A DNA stretch of 64,000 bases, from positions 124,001 through 188,000 of the forward strand of contig CP074575.1 in assembly GCA_018394315.1 (NCBI GenBank), given 5' to 3'. Position numbers and translations under genes: made by a program. The notes beneath the pieces are model-generated. The model had not been told where the DNA came from. It did not search any database and saw only the letters and a program-made list of their open reading frames with translations. This document shows, piece after piece, positions 40,922-51,387 of this stretch. Position 1 is the stretch's first letter; each line of letters begins with the position of its first letter. The stretch is from Mycoplasmatota bacterium. Lineage in GTDB: Bacteria; Bacillota_I; Bacilli_A; MAG-NZ.

Positions 40922-41479
40922 ATGAAAAATACAAGAGAATTAGTTTTAAATGCGATCTTTATCGCACTCATTATGGTAATGACATGGGTACCTCAGTTGG
41001 GTTATATTCAGCTATTTCCCACAATCGGAATTACTATTATCCATATACCTGTAATCATTGGGGCATTGGTATATAAAAGAAGTGGATTTATTCTAGGAAC
41101 AGCCTTCGGTTTAAGTTCATTATTTGTAGCACTGACTAGACCATCGTCACCGATTGATTTATTATTCCAAAATCCACTTGTTTCTGTCTTACCAAGGATT
41201 TTATTCGGATTAGTAATTTATTATTTATATACTTTACTGAATAAATATATAAATAATGTAAACTTAACATTAATACTAACTGCATTTCTATCTACATTGA
41301 TTCACTCAATATTAGTACTATTTATGATTTATGTGTTTGGAATTGAATTACTTGGTGGTTCTGAAGTTGCTTTAAGAATAATAGGTTCTATCTTAGTAAC
41401 AAACGCTAGCCTAGAAGCATTAGCAGCAATATTAATTGGAGTTCCAATCATTAGGAGGCTTCATGCTTTTATTGATTGA
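40922..41479 (+). CDS. panT: ECF S component, pantothenate type
   Basis: LGYI, TIIHIPVIIG, NPLVSVLPRI; overlaps coaX. Confidence 0.85.
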   Translation: MKNTRELVLNAIFIALIMVMTWVPQLGYIQLFPTIGITIIHIPVIIGALVYKRSGFILGTAFGLSSLFVALTRPSSPIDLLFQNPLVSVLPRILFGLVIYYLYTLLNKYINNVNLTLILTAFLSTLIHSILVLFMIYVFGIELLGGSEVALRIIGSILVTNASLEALAAILIGVPIIRRLHAFID

Positions 41480-42200
41480 TGTTGGTAATTCTAACATAGT
41501 TTTAGCTCATTATGATTATGAAATAAAAGATGTCTTTAGACTTAATACTAGAAAAGACTTTACTGCTGATGAATATAGTATGTTGTTAGATGGAAGATTA
41601 AAGAATCAAAAATATGATGGGATAATTATCTCTTCAGTTTCACCTATAGTAACAGAAAGCATAGATAGATATTGTAAAAAGTATTTATCAATTACTCCTA
41701 TGATTGTTGGTCCAGGAGTAAAAACTGGGATAAATATTAAAACAGATAATCCAAAAGAAGTTGGCTCAGATTTAATTGTTTCAGCAGTTGCATCGTTTAG
41801 GTATGCTGAAAACTCAATTATAATAGATTTAGGAACTGCAACTACAATAACACTTGTTGAAAACAAAATGATCAAAGGTGTCGTAATTGCTCCTGGAATA
41901 AAAACCGGTTTAGAAGCATTAATTAAAGATGCATCTTTATTACCTGAAGTTGACATTAAAAAACCAAGAAATATTCTTGGTACTAATACTATTGAATGTA
42001 TCCAATCAGGTATAATTAATGGTCATGTTTATATGCTTGAAGGTTTCCTTAACAAAATAAACAAAGATTACAAGATAATTATTACTGGAGGATTTTCACC
42101 AATAATTGGAGAACTAATTAATAATGATTGTATAGTTGTTAGGGATTTAATTCTTGAGGGATTAGTAGATATTTATAATAAAAATATAAGAGCATCTTAG
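41463..42200 (+). CDS. coaX: Type III pantothenate kinase
   Basis: IDVGNSN, SSV, VGSD, DLGTATT, TGG; ATG 41463 after AGGAGG. Confidence 0.95.
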   Translation: MLLLIDVGNSNIVLAHYDYEIKDVFRLNTRKDFTADEYSMLLDGRLKNQKYDGIIISSVSPIVTESIDRYCKKYLSITPMIVGPGVKTGINIKTDNPKEVGSDLIVSAVASFRYAENSIIIDLGTATTITLVENKMIKGVVIAPGIKTGLEALIKDASLLPEVDIKKPRNILGTNTIECIQSGIINGHVYMLEGFLNKINKDYKIIITGGFSPIIGELINNDCIVVRDLILEGLVDIYNKNIRAS

Positions 42201-42210
42201 ATGCTCTTTT
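42188..42210. terminator. Terminator between convergent coaX and hcp
   Basis: AAGAGCATC-tta-GATGCTCTT. Confidence 0.75.
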
Positions 42211-42215
42211 CTATA

Positions 42216-43856
42216 CTAATGATTTAAAATTAGTCGTTCTATATCTCTTTCTACAGTACTAATTGCTCCTAAACTATAATTCTCTATCAAGAAATTAGCA
42301 ACATTTTTAGATAGGAATCCAGGAATTGTTGGTCCTACCGTTATATGATGAACTTTTAAATGTAGTAATGCTAGTAGTACTATAACCGCTTTTTGTTCAT
42401 ACCAAGCGATGTTATAAACGATAGGTAAATCATTGATATCACAACTAAATACTTTTGCTAACTCTAATGCAGTCACAACTAAACTATATGAGTCATTACA
42501 TTGCCCTGCATCTAAAACTCTAGGTATTCCGTCAATATCTCCAAGTTTTAATTTATTGTATCTATATTTAGCACATCCTGCAGTCAAAATAACAGTATCT
42601 TTTGGCAGCGCTTTAGCAAAATCAGTATAGTAAGTTCTTGATTTGAATCTACCATCACACCCTGCCATAACCACGAATTTTTTAATTGCTCCAGATTTAA
42701 TAGCTTCAACTATTTTATCAGCTAATTTTAGGACTTGCCCATGAGCGAAACCTCCAACAATTTCTCCTGATTCTATTTTCTTTGGTGGTTTGCAATGCTT
42801 TGCGTGTTCAATTATTTCGCTAAAATCCTTCTCCCCGTCCTTATCTGCTTCAATGTATTTCCATCCGGGATACCCTGTTGAACCAGTTATATACATTCTT
42901 TCATTGTAAGTAGAGAATTTCTTTGGAGGTACTATACAATTTGTTGTAAATAAAACTGGACCATTAAATGTTTCAAACGACTCAATCTGATCATGCCATG
43001 CATTTCCATAGTTTCCGTAAAGATGATCATACTTTTTCAAAAGGGGATAATAGTGAGCTGGCAACATCTCGCTGTGAGTATAGATATCGATTCCAGCATC
43101 CTCTGACTGTCTTAACAATTGATCTATATCACGTAAATCATGGCCAGAAACTAATATTCCAGGTCTTTTTCCAACCCCAATTTTAACCTTACTAATTTCG
43201 GGCTCTCCATAAGCAGTAGTATTAGCTTCATCAAGGATACTCATTACTTCAACACCAAACTTACCAGTCTCATCAATCATTTCAACATAAAATCCCAAGT
43301 CATGATCTTCTAACATCGAGGCAAGAGCACGTCTAGTAAACTTGGCTGCTGCTTCTGAATGTTTTCCTAGTCTGTTAGCATGAGAGTGGTATGCCGCCAT
43401 TCCCATTAGTCCATATAAAACAGTTTCTTTTGCACTTCTAACATCCTCATCAGAGGTAGAAAGAACACCATTTTTCTTACCTTTATTGATTATTTCATCA
43501 ACACTTGTATCAGTCCAGTTAACAGCATCTAAGTCACTATCGAATTTGATACCTTTTTTTAAGTTTTCCCTATACTGGATCCCTTCCTTTATCACTCTTT
43601 CAAAGTGTTCTTCATTAAAGTTCGCGTTTGTAATCATTTTAAACAAACACTCCATAATGAAGACATCAACTCTTTTTAACTCCGCGCCTTCTTTTTCTGC
43701 TTCATTAGCTACATAGCTTAATCCTTTTAAAACATACTTGAGCGCATCCATCTTTGTTGCTAATTCCGGAGTTTTTCCACACACACCAATTACTTCACAA
43801 CCTGTATTTTTCGCAGTTTCCTGGCATTGATAGCAAAACATCTTCATTTTTATCAT
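42216..43856 (-). CDS. hcp: Hybrid cluster protein (hydroxylamine reductase)
   Basis: [43 protein letters not shown]. Confidence 0.97.
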   Translation of the reverse strand: MIKMKMFCYQCQETAKNTGCEVIGVCGKTPELATKMDALKYVLKGLSYVANEAEKEGAELKRVDVFIMECLFKMITNANFNEEHFERVIKEGIQYRENLKKGIKFDSDLDAVNWTDTSVDEIINKGKKNGVLSTSDEDVRSAKETVLYGLMGMAAYHSHANRLGKHSEAAAKFTRRALASMLEDHDLGFYVEMIDETGKFGVEVMSILDEANTTAYGEPEISKVKIGVGKRPGILVSGHDLRDIDQLLRQSEDAGIDIYTHSEMLPAHYYPLLKKYDHLYGNYGNAWHDQIESFETFNGPVLFTTNCIVPPKKFSTYNERMYITGSTGYPGWKYIEADKDGEKDFSEIIEHAKHCKPPKKIESGEIVGGFAHGQVLKLADKIVEAIKSGAIKKFVVMAGCDGRFKSRTYYTDFAKALPKDTVILTAGCAKYRYNKLKLGDIDGIPRVLDAGQCNDSYSLVVTALELAKVFSCDINDLPIVYNIAWYEQKAVIVLLALLHLKVHHITVGPTIPGFLSKNVANFLIENYSLGAISTVERDIERLILNH

Positions 43857-43959
43857 TCCTTTCTCTTTATTTTTGTTCAGAATGAAAATTTAAATACCAA
43901 TAAATTCAAAAAGGACACGTTCTTTAGAACGATATCCTTATCTTTTATTTGATTATTTA

Positions 43960-44913
43960 CTAATACACAATATCTAACGAGGTAGGATAAATCATTAATC
44001 CTGTTTTTTTGCTTGACTTAGCATTCTCAATATAATCTTCAACACATTTATCATTACTCAAATTCAAAACCATCCCTGCAGAAAAAGTTGAATTTTTGTA
44101 CTCATGCTGGTAATTACTTAGTAATTGATAGCCTAACGAGTCATGATGTATAGGAAGCTTTATTGTTTCTTTTTTTGACTTATCTTTTAAATAAATCAAG
44201 ATTTCATCAAAACTTTCCTGATCCTTTGCTAAACAAAGAAGTGGATTATTTTCTTCATTTTTCTTATATCTAACATACCCTATGCGATTACCTTCTTTCA
44301 ATAAAGTAAACGCTTCTACACTAGGGCTATGGGAAACATAACTCATCAATGATGGATCATATAGAACTGTTAAGTCAACATTTTCAAACCATTTCATATA
44401 TAAGTCATGTATAAATGGTATATCTTCTTCTATAATTAACTTTTCCTTTAATGTAGTTGGTTCATTATCTTTTACTTCAACTAATGCAAAAGATTCCCCA
44501 ATAGTATGAGGGATATACCCAAATCTTGGGTAATAAGTATCATGCCCAAATAAAAATGATAAATCATACCCTTTTTCTTTTGCAAGTTGATGAGACTTCT
44601 CAATAAGAGCTTGTCCAATTTTTTTACCTTGTAGTTTAGGTATAACACTTACAGGACCTAAACTAACTGCCTTTTTTACTTTACCATTAATAGTGATGTT
44701 AAAAGGTATCAATAAAATATGTCCTACAACAATGCCATCAATCTCTGCTACAAGAGAAAAATCACCATCAAATTCTTTCAATCTTCTTGCACAGTCTATC
44801 ATTCCATTTTCAGATACATAATTACTTTGAAATTCTTTTAAAAATGCTTTGTAATTCACTTCAGAAATATCATAAAAGTCCTTTATCTGTTCTTTACGAA
44901 TTTTTACTTTCAT
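43960..44913 (-). CDS. GNAT N-acetyltransferase with C-terminal extension
   Basis: LGPVSV.PKLQGKKIGQAL, GHDTYYPRFGY. Confidence 0.85.
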   Translation of the reverse strand: MKVKIRKEQIKDFYDISEVNYKAFLKEFQSNYVSENGMIDCARRLKEFDGDFSLVAEIDGIVVGHILLIPFNITINGKVKKAVSLGPVSVIPKLQGKKIGQALIEKSHQLAKEKGYDLSFLFGHDTYYPRFGYIPHTIGESFALVEVKDNEPTTLKEKLIIEEDIPFIHDLYMKWFENVDLTVLYDPSLMSYVSHSPSVEAFTLLKEGNRIGYVRYKKNEENNPLLCLAKDQESFDEILIYLKDKSKKETIKLPIHHDSLGYQLLSNYQHEYKNSTFSAGMVLNLSNDKCVEDYIENAKSSKKTGLMIYPTSLDIVY

Positions 44914-44938
44914 ATTCTACTCTTTCCATTTAAATTAT

Positions 44939-45397
44939 TTATACTAATTCATATAATTTGTCATAGTCAATTTCTTCTTTTGACTCCGTCGCTTTAGCAA
45001 TAACCTTAACTGCTAATCTTTCTAAGAAATTACATTTTTCTAGTTGATACGCACCACCTACATAATTGATTACATTTGCATGTTGTTTCATTTCTTCTGA
45101 AAAATTAAGATTAATTGCTTTTTCTTGTTCAATTCCTTTTTGCATTCCACATAAGAAGATACTTAACTTCTTCTTCAAGAGTCTATTTTCATTCTTAGTA
45201 ACAAATTTTTTCAACTCTTTACGGATTTGTCCTGCATAAACACTTGAACCCAATATAATTCTATCCGCTTTCAAGAAGTCATTGATATCAATTTCATTTA
45301 CATTGATTGCTTTTGATTCCACGATTCTTTCCTCAAGTTTTAATGCACATTTTTCTGTTGTCCCATATTTTGTTGCATAAATAATTAATGTTTTCAT
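44939..45397 (-). CDS. Flavodoxin-domain protein (HemG-like fold)
   Basis: YATKYGTTEKCA, GSSVYAG. Confidence 0.85.
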   Translation of the reverse strand: MKTLIIYATKYGTTEKCALKLEERIVESKAINVNEIDINDFLKADRIILGSSVYAGQIRKELKKFVTKNENRLLKKKLSIFLCGMQKGIEQEKAINLNFSEEMKQHANVINYVGGAYQLEKCNFLERLAVKVIAKATESKEEIDYDKLYELV

Positions 45398-45414
45398 AAT
45401 TTTTCCCCTTTTAT

Positions 45415-45807
45415 CTATCTTATAAGAGCAACTTCAATCGCTTCTAATATTGCTATAGACGATGCTGTCGCTCCACTTATAGTATCTACTTTTAAACTTT
45501 GAAATTTTAATACGTCTTCGATAATAACTTCTGCCTTTGTCCCTAAAGCATTTAAATGTTCAAGAATATTAATTTCTGTTATTATTTGATCTTGGACTGT
45601 TATTTCAACTCTAACTCCAAAATTTCCATCTTCAGTAAAATACTCTCCAAAATAGTTTCCATCCTCAACTGTAATCAAATTTAACTCTTCTTGCTCTAGA
45701 GCATAAACAATTTCCATTTTCTCTCTTAATGTTAATATTAAACTTAAAGCAAATATAACCATAACACCAATAATAATCATAGATATCACAATTAACCTTT
45801 TTTTCAT
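45415..45807 (-). CDS. Membrane-anchored FMN-binding domain protein
   Basis: N-terminal TM, DGNYFGE, DTISGAT covalent flavinylation motif. Confidence 0.85.
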   Translation of the reverse strand: MKKRLIVISMIIIGVMVIFALSLILTLREKMEIVYALEQEELNLITVEDGNYFGEYFTEDGNFGVRVEITVQDQIITEINILEHLNALGTKAEVIIEDVLKFQSLKVDTISGATASSIAILEAIEVALIR

Positions 45808-46389
45808 TTAATCACTTCCTAATAAAAATTCAATTTCATTTTCTATATCTTCTAACCAGTCCTCAAGTGTAAAATCATCTCTTTTCCCAATATAAAACAT
45901 TATCTTTGCATGTATAGATGATGAAAGAATATTTGAAATAATTTCTATATTCTCTTGGACATATGAGCTTTTAATCTTCTTTAAAGTATCGTTTAGCAAG
46001 AGTGCAACTTTAGGAACATTTGTTCTTATCAGTTGTTTTGGCCTTTCTCCATAATCCAGTATGTAGATTATTCTATATACATCCGGTCTCATTGTCATAA
46101 ATTTAAAATATTCATGAGCGAGTTTTACTATTTGCTTCTTTGGATCCAAATTATCATCCTTGAACTGCACGATATACTCATATGAATCATCTAAATAAGA
46201 AAGACCTGTACAAGTTAGGAGTGAATTTAAATCACTAAAATAGTTGTATATAGTTGCATAACTATACCCAGCCCTCTCACCAACTTTTCTTACAGTAACT
46301 TGTGAAATACCAAAATCCGATATTATATCCTTCGTTGCTTGAATAAAGTAATTCTTCACTCTTTGCTTTTGAATTTCCTTCATTATCAT
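45808..46389 (-). CDS. TetR-family regulator
   Basis: VTVRKVGERAGYSYATIYNYF. Confidence 0.9.
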   Translation of the reverse strand: MIMKEIQKQRVKNYFIQATKDIISDFGISQVTVRKVGERAGYSYATIYNYFSDLNSLLTCTGLSYLDDSYEYIVQFKDDNLDPKKQIVKLAHEYFKFMTMRPDVYRIIYILDYGERPKQLIRTNVPKVALLLNDTLKKIKSSYVQENIEIISNILSSSIHAKIMFYIGKRDDFTLEDWLEDIENEIEFLLGSD

Positions 46390-46403
46390 ATTTCCACTCC
46401 CAC

Positions 46404-46462
46404 ATTAACACTGTTAATATTGTTAACAATGTCAATATAGCACCAATTCATTCTATAGTCAA
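46404..46462 (-). promoter_or_regulatory. SigmaA promoter with tandem TTAACA-N-TGTTAA operators
   Basis: TTGACT (46457-46462), 17-nt spacer, TATATT with TGn extension; operators at 46405-46417 and 46423-46435. Confidence 0.7.
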
Positions 46463-46484
46463 CAAAATTCGAGTGTTTCTGAAT

Positions 46485-46512
46485 AAAAAAAGGATTAGTA
46501 ATCTAATCCTTC
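46485..46512 (-). terminator. Intrinsic terminator
   Basis: AAGGATTAG-4nt-CTAATCCTT with a T run on the minus strand. Confidence 0.75.
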
Positions 46513-46516
46513 ATGC

Positions 46517-47026
46517 TTATATGTGTTTTAACTCATTTGTTACTAAGTCTTCTAATACAGTTTTCCATTTTTCCCTTGCCTCTTCTTTAGTTAATTCAGA
46601 AATTTGGTTTACCGCTAGGAACTTCCATAATAGAATAAAATCATCATTGAGCCCATCAATGTATTCCTTTTGAAAAGTTAATTCCTCTTTTTCAAGTATT
46701 TTCCGTTCCATTATATATATACAGTCTCTATAAGCATTAATAGGTTTAAAATATTTACCCGCACTACTCATTAAATTCTCAGCGAGGTATAGTTTGCTCT
46801 TTATATCACCTAAATATTTCATCTTCACCAAGTCACTAGAAATATCCCATTCACGACTTAACTCTCCTATATATCCCACTGCTTCATCAATTGCCCTATC
46901 GGCATTTGCTAGCATTATAAGGTTTTCTTGTTGTTCTTTACTGTTTAGATTGTTTACTTTTAGAATTAAGTAAAAATTTGATAACAATAATATAGAAATT
47001 ATAAGAAGTAACTTTTTCTTGTGCAT
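46517..47026 (-). CDS. Hypothetical protein with N-terminal TM/signal segment
   Basis: ORF with GGAG RBS before ATG 47026; no family recognised. Confidence 0.65.
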   Translation of the reverse strand: MHKKKLLLIISILLLSNFYLILKVNNLNSKEQQENLIMLANADRAIDEAVGYIGELSREWDISSDLVKMKYLGDIKSKLYLAENLMSSAGKYFKPINAYRDCIYIMERKILEKEELTFQKEYIDGLNDDFILLWKFLAVNQISELTKEEAREKWKTVLEDLVTNELKHI

Positions 47027-47069
47027 ACTAATCTCCAATCTAGTTTCTTTTAAATCTTCTATTATATAA

Positions 47070-47240
47070 CTATTTTTTTATCCCCTGTATTATTGCTCCA
47101 ACTATCAAACCTATACCAGAGCCTACACCTACAAAAACACTAATATTCTTAGAAAGAATCACACTTAATATTAATCCTATGCTTGCTCCTCCTATAAGAC
47201 ATAACGAGACAAAATAATCTTTCATTTTATTAATTTTCAT
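47070..47240 (-). CDS. Small two-TM Gly-rich membrane protein
   Basis: GGGAGGT RBS before ATG 47240; GVGSGIGLIVGA. Confidence 0.6.
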   Translation of the reverse strand: MKINKMKDYFVSLCLIGGASIGLILSVILSKNISVFVGVGSGIGLIVGAIIQGIKK

Positions 47241-47323
47241 ATACCTCCCAATTGTATCATTCAAGTTACGCCAAATTATAACACAGATAAGCTCTTTAGT
47301 CATCTATTTTAAAGACATCTAAT

Positions 47324-47968
47324 TTACTCAGTTTTCTTTACTTTATCTTTATTTCTAAAATTAACAACAAGTATAAACGTGATGTACCCTAAGAAATATA
47401 TGAAAATAAGAATCATGTTTGTATGATCTTTTCTTAATGCGAATAAGGATAGACATAATTCAAGAATAAGTTGTAATGTAGTAATAAGTAAAATACTGAG
47501 TTGTAATTCTAAAATAAATTTTCTTAGATTACTAACATCATACTCTACCTTTGAATCAAATCCCGCCATAAAACTATATGACTCAGTTTTAAGTATAAGT
47601 TGAAATATTAAATATACTGGCACAGAGCATAGAAGATAGAGAATCACAAAGACTCTGCTAGCATCAGTATAAAGAAATAAATAAACAGAACCTAAAACAA
47701 TTAAGATAAACAATAACATGTTAATAAACTTAGCACTTCTTTCACGTCTATCAAAACTTTGTACTTTCCCATCCATAAGAGTGTCAATAGAAACATCGTA
47801 TAAGACAGCAATCTGATTTAACGTTTCAACATCAGGGTAAGTTTTTCCCCTTTCCCAATTGGATACTGCTTGCCTAGAGACCCCTAGGTCGCTTGCCATA
47901 TCTGTTTGACTAAGGCCTCTTTCTTTTCTTACTTTTAAAACTGCTTTCCCTATTAATTTAGCATTCAT
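47324..47968 (-). CDS. XRE-family HTH protein with C-terminal membrane domain
   Basis: RKERGLSQ..VSRQAVSNWERGKTYPD followed by TM helices. Confidence 0.88.
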   Translation of the reverse strand: MNAKLIGKAVLKVRKERGLSQTDMASDLGVSRQAVSNWERGKTYPDVETLNQIAVLYDVSIDTLMDGKVQSFDRRERSAKFINMLLFILIVLGSVYLFLYTDASRVFVILYLLCSVPVYLIFQLILKTESYSFMAGFDSKVEYDVSNLRKFILELQLSILLITTLQLILELCLSLFALRKDHTNMILIFIYFLGYITFILVVNFRNKDKVKKTE

Positions 47969-48227
47969 TACTTTCACCTCAATTTCATTCTATCGTTGTA
48001 TTAACAATTACACAATGTTTTCCAAATAAATTACCCGCAATTAATACTTGCTAGCAAAGAAAACAAATAATAATTCCATTAATTTAGCTGATGAAATAAG
48101 ACTATTATTCTAAGTAGTACTAAAATTTCAACACTTAATAAATAACGCCATTATTAGTTATTTTGATATTGTCACTATCGCCTTTGATTCATAATATAAA
48201 GTGGAAAAAGAGTTAGGAGGTGATAAA

Positions 48228-49079
48228 ATGAATGACCATTATGAGGAATGCAAACATACTAGTGAAAAAAATGTACCAATTGGATGGTCAACACTTTCAT
48301 ACTCAAATGAAACACATGTACCTGTTCCAGAAGAGCCTAATTCGGATTCATGGCAAACGGTCTACTTTAAGCGAGATAAGTCCAGGTTTACAGATTTAGA
48401 TGGTATTACTGTTCCTTTGGAGATCAGAAGACCTGATATCAGTATTGATTTCGCGGGAGAACAATTATACGATGTAGAAGATACACTAAGATATTTAAAT
48501 AGGCGCGAAAAAAAAATAGCGACTTATTGGGGCGAGGGTCCCGCTACGAAACAATGGACACCAATAATAGATAAATTAATCGATACATATAAAATATCCG
48601 CTCCAAGGGCAGGGAGAATATTAGCTGCAGTTCACTCTGGATTAAACGATGCTTTTATTATATCTTGGTACTTCAAATTCAAATGGGACATCGCAAGGCC
48701 TAATCAACTCAATCAAGAATTAGAGTCGTTCCTAGATACTCCAAGACATCCAAGTTATCCATCTGGTCATGCTACGGTTGCGGGTACAGCTGAAATACTT
48801 CTAAGTTACTTTTTTGAATCAGAAAAGGATAAATTGAAAGATCTAGCAGAAGAATGTGCAATGAGTAGATTATATGCTGGTGTACATTTTCCAATCGACA
48901 ATAGTGAGGGTCTACGTCTTGGCCGACATATTGGACGACTAATTGTTAAACAGTTAGAAAAACAATATGATGCAGATGGTTCTAAGGTAGATCTGAGAAT
49001 CACTGAATTTAAGGATGCAAATCTAATACCTCCACCGTATAAACAAGCCATTCCTTTTAATCGAGAAAAAGATGACTAA
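48228..49079 (+). CDS. Vanadium-dependent haloperoxidase / PAP2-superfamily protein
   Basis: KFKWDIARP, PSYPSGH, SRLYAGVHFPID; ATG 48228 after AGGAGGTG. Confidence 0.85.
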   Translation: MNDHYEECKHTSEKNVPIGWSTLSYSNETHVPVPEEPNSDSWQTVYFKRDKSRFTDLDGITVPLEIRRPDISIDFAGEQLYDVEDTLRYLNRREKKIATYWGEGPATKQWTPIIDKLIDTYKISAPRAGRILAAVHSGLNDAFIISWYFKFKWDIARPNQLNQELESFLDTPRHPSYPSGHATVAGTAEILLSYFFESEKDKLKDLAEECAMSRLYAGVHFPIDNSEGLRLGRHIGRLIVKQLEKQYDADGSKVDLRITEFKDANLIPPPYKQAIPFNREKDD

Positions 49080-49169
49080 ATTGATTTAATTTTTTGAGGT
49101 AGTGAATGTCATCGAAAGTACTAATGAGCCATTACATACTTTTTTAGAGCATATAATGGCTCACTTTTT

Positions 49170-49706
49170 TTATTTTTTATAGAATGAGTTAATATATTTT
49201 ATATACCATCCAAGGAGCATTGTATAAACTATAATATTCCCTAAAATCATTAGGGACCATCTTGCATAATGCGGAGTTAGAAAACCTAATATATAAACAG
49301 TTCCCATACCTATAATATAAAAACTCAAAAATCTACGTTTAAGACTTGTATTAACATGTTCTTTATCTAGTAGTAGTCTTGGAGCAAAAGTTACAGTCGC
49401 CCAATGTGAAAACATACCTAGTTGGATTAAGAGAACTACTATGAAATTTCCACCTGACCAAGGACTCATACCAAAGATAAACCATTCAAAAAGTAAACCA
49501 ATCACACCAAAAATCACAAAATGCTTCCAAGGTGAATTTTCTGTTTTATTTGCATACCAATATCCAATCAGAATAAATGCTCCATAAAAAACAAGTACAG
49601 TAAAAACCATCTCAATCCATAAACCTTTGGCAATCCCCATATTTATTATTTCAACAACGAACGCAAAAATATATCCGATTAGCAATGTATAAACATATTT
49701 TTTCAT
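49170..49706 (-). CDS. Hypothetical membrane protein
   Basis: About 6 TM segments; AGGAG RBS. Confidence 0.7.
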   Translation of the reverse strand: MKKYVYTLLIGYIFAFVVEIINMGIAKGLWIEMVFTVLVFYGAFILIGYWYANKTENSPWKHFVIFGVIGLLFEWFIFGMSPWSGGNFIVVLLIQLGMFSHWATVTFAPRLLLDKEHVNTSLKRRFLSFYIIGMGTVYILGFLTPHYARWSLMILGNIIVYTMLLGWYIKYINSFYKK

Positions 49707-49866
49707 AATATATCTCCTTATTTATAGTATAGTATCCTTCAAAGTAAAACATCAAGTATCTTCGCTTGATGTTCATAAGCCTTATTGGGCAAGTGAATGT
49801 AATAGGTGGGTTTAAATATATTTAAAAGGATTATGCTTCTGTTTAATAAAGAACACTACTATCAAC

Positions 49867-51087
49867 TCAATTGTTTGATCCTACCAATAACTTACTAACG
49901 ACTTCTCTACACTCTTCCTCAGTCATAATTTTAGGTACAGGATAATCTGGGTTTGCTTCTTTTATGGCACGTTTAGCAATTAAAGGAATGTCTTCTTCTT
50001 TTAGTTCCTTAATCACTGACGGAATATTCATATTCCTGTTCATATTTTTAATCTGTTCAATGAACTTACTCGCTAAAACTTTCTCTCCTTCTTCTTTTTT
50101 TCCAATGCCTCCAATAATAGCAAGTTTTGCTAATTTATTTTCAGCATATTTACCAAAGTACTCTAATATGTAAGGAAGTATAACTGCATTGGCTAATCCA
50201 TGAGGTACACCATAAAGGCCCCCAAGATTGTGCGCTATTGCATGTACATAACCAACTGAAGTTCTTGTAAAAGCTGAGCCTGCATAATAAGAGGCTAAAG
50301 CCATATCCTGACGTAAATTTACATCACTACCATTATTATAGACATCTTCTAGTTTATTAAAAATAATTTCCACAGCCTTTTCAGCCTTTTTATTAGTAAA
50401 TTTTGTTCCATGTAAGCCAATATAAGCTTCTACTGCATGAGTTAATGCGTCCATACCAGTTGTTGATGTGATGTGTGGTGGTAATCCGATTGTTAGTTCA
50501 GGATCAAGGACAGCAATTTTTGGAACTAATTTTGTATCGCTAATGGCATACTTCTCGTGAGTGTTAGGATCTGAGACTACCGCTGCTACAGTGGTTTCAG
50601 AACCAGAGCCAGCGGTTGTAGGTACAGCAAATAATGGGGGCAATGTCTTTCTTACCTTAAATAATCCTTTCATGTCCCTAATGGATTTATTATTTGTCAC
50701 CCTAGCTGCTGCAACCTTTGCACAATCCATAGGTGAGCCACCACCGAATGCAATCATAGCTTCACATTGATTATCTATGTAAACTTGACGTGCCTCTTCA
50801 ATATTATAAATTGTTGGATTAGGTTGTACGCGATCATATACTGTATACTTGATTTCATATTCATCAAGACTTAAAAATAAGCGATCAAGTAAACCTAAGT
50901 CCATTAATACTTTATCTGTCACAATTAATACATTACTTAAACGCTTTTGTTTTACCTTGCTTGCTAGGTCTATCATACAACCCGCACCAATTACTAACTC
51001 AGGGACAGGAAATTTTAAGCACTTAATTGCTATTTTAAATATATAATGACGTATTCTATACAATATAATTTTGAGATTCCAAATCAT
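49867..51087 (-). CDS. Iron-containing alcohol dehydrogenase
   Basis: GGGSPMD, PTTAGSGSE, DALTHAVE, HAIAH, HGLAN. Confidence 0.94.
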   Translation of the reverse strand: MIWNLKIILYRIRHYIFKIAIKCLKFPVPELVIGAGCMIDLASKVKQKRLSNVLIVTDKVLMDLGLLDRLFLSLDEYEIKYTVYDRVQPNPTIYNIEEARQVYIDNQCEAMIAFGGGSPMDCAKVAAARVTNNKSIRDMKGLFKVRKTLPPLFAVPTTAGSGSETTVAAVVSDPNTHEKYAISDTKLVPKIAVLDPELTIGLPPHITSTTGMDALTHAVEAYIGLHGTKFTNKKAEKAVEIIFNKLEDVYNNGSDVNLRQDMALASYYAGSAFTRTSVGYVHAIAHNLGGLYGVPHGLANAVILPYILEYFGKYAENKLAKLAIIGGIGKKEEGEKVLASKFIEQIKNMNRNMNIPSVIKELKEEDIPLIAKRAIKEANPDYPVPKIMTEEECREVVSKLLVGSNN

Positions 51088-51127
51088 TTACAATTCCTCC
51101 TCTTTTTTTCACTAATTTTCTAATTCC

Positions 51128-51376
51128 TTACCCACCTGCAACAGGAAACAAAATAAACATAATATCTTTGTCATCAATCTCTGTTTTTCTAAGTAGTGAC
51201 CTTTTGTACTTTTTATTGTTTATAAAAATGATGGCGCTTTTAAGATCAACATATTTTATATTATCAAACTGCTCACCTACGGTTTTCAATACGTCGTCAA
51301 CGTATTTTTCTTTGACCTCAATTTCACTTGTTTGTGTTTCTATTCTTAAAGTTCCAAGAAATCTAACTATTGCTAT
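51128..51376 (-). CDS. MoaD/ThiS-family sulfur carrier with ATA start
   Basis: Manual translation (M)AIVRFLGTLRIETQ...AIIFINN...FILFPVAGG*, 82 aa ending in GG; GAGGTG RBS 6 nt before ATA. Confidence 0.88.
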   Translation of the reverse strand: MAIVRFLGTLRIETQTSEIEVKEKYVDDVLKTVGEQFDNIKYVDLKSAIIFINNKKYKRSLLRKTEIDDKDIMFILFPVAGG

Positions 51377-51387
51377 TTAAATCACCT

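Noticed and set aside
48037..48051. GCAA-N7-TTGC palindrome as an XRE operator
   Set aside because: A single inverted repeat with 4-bp arms is too short to distinguish from chance.
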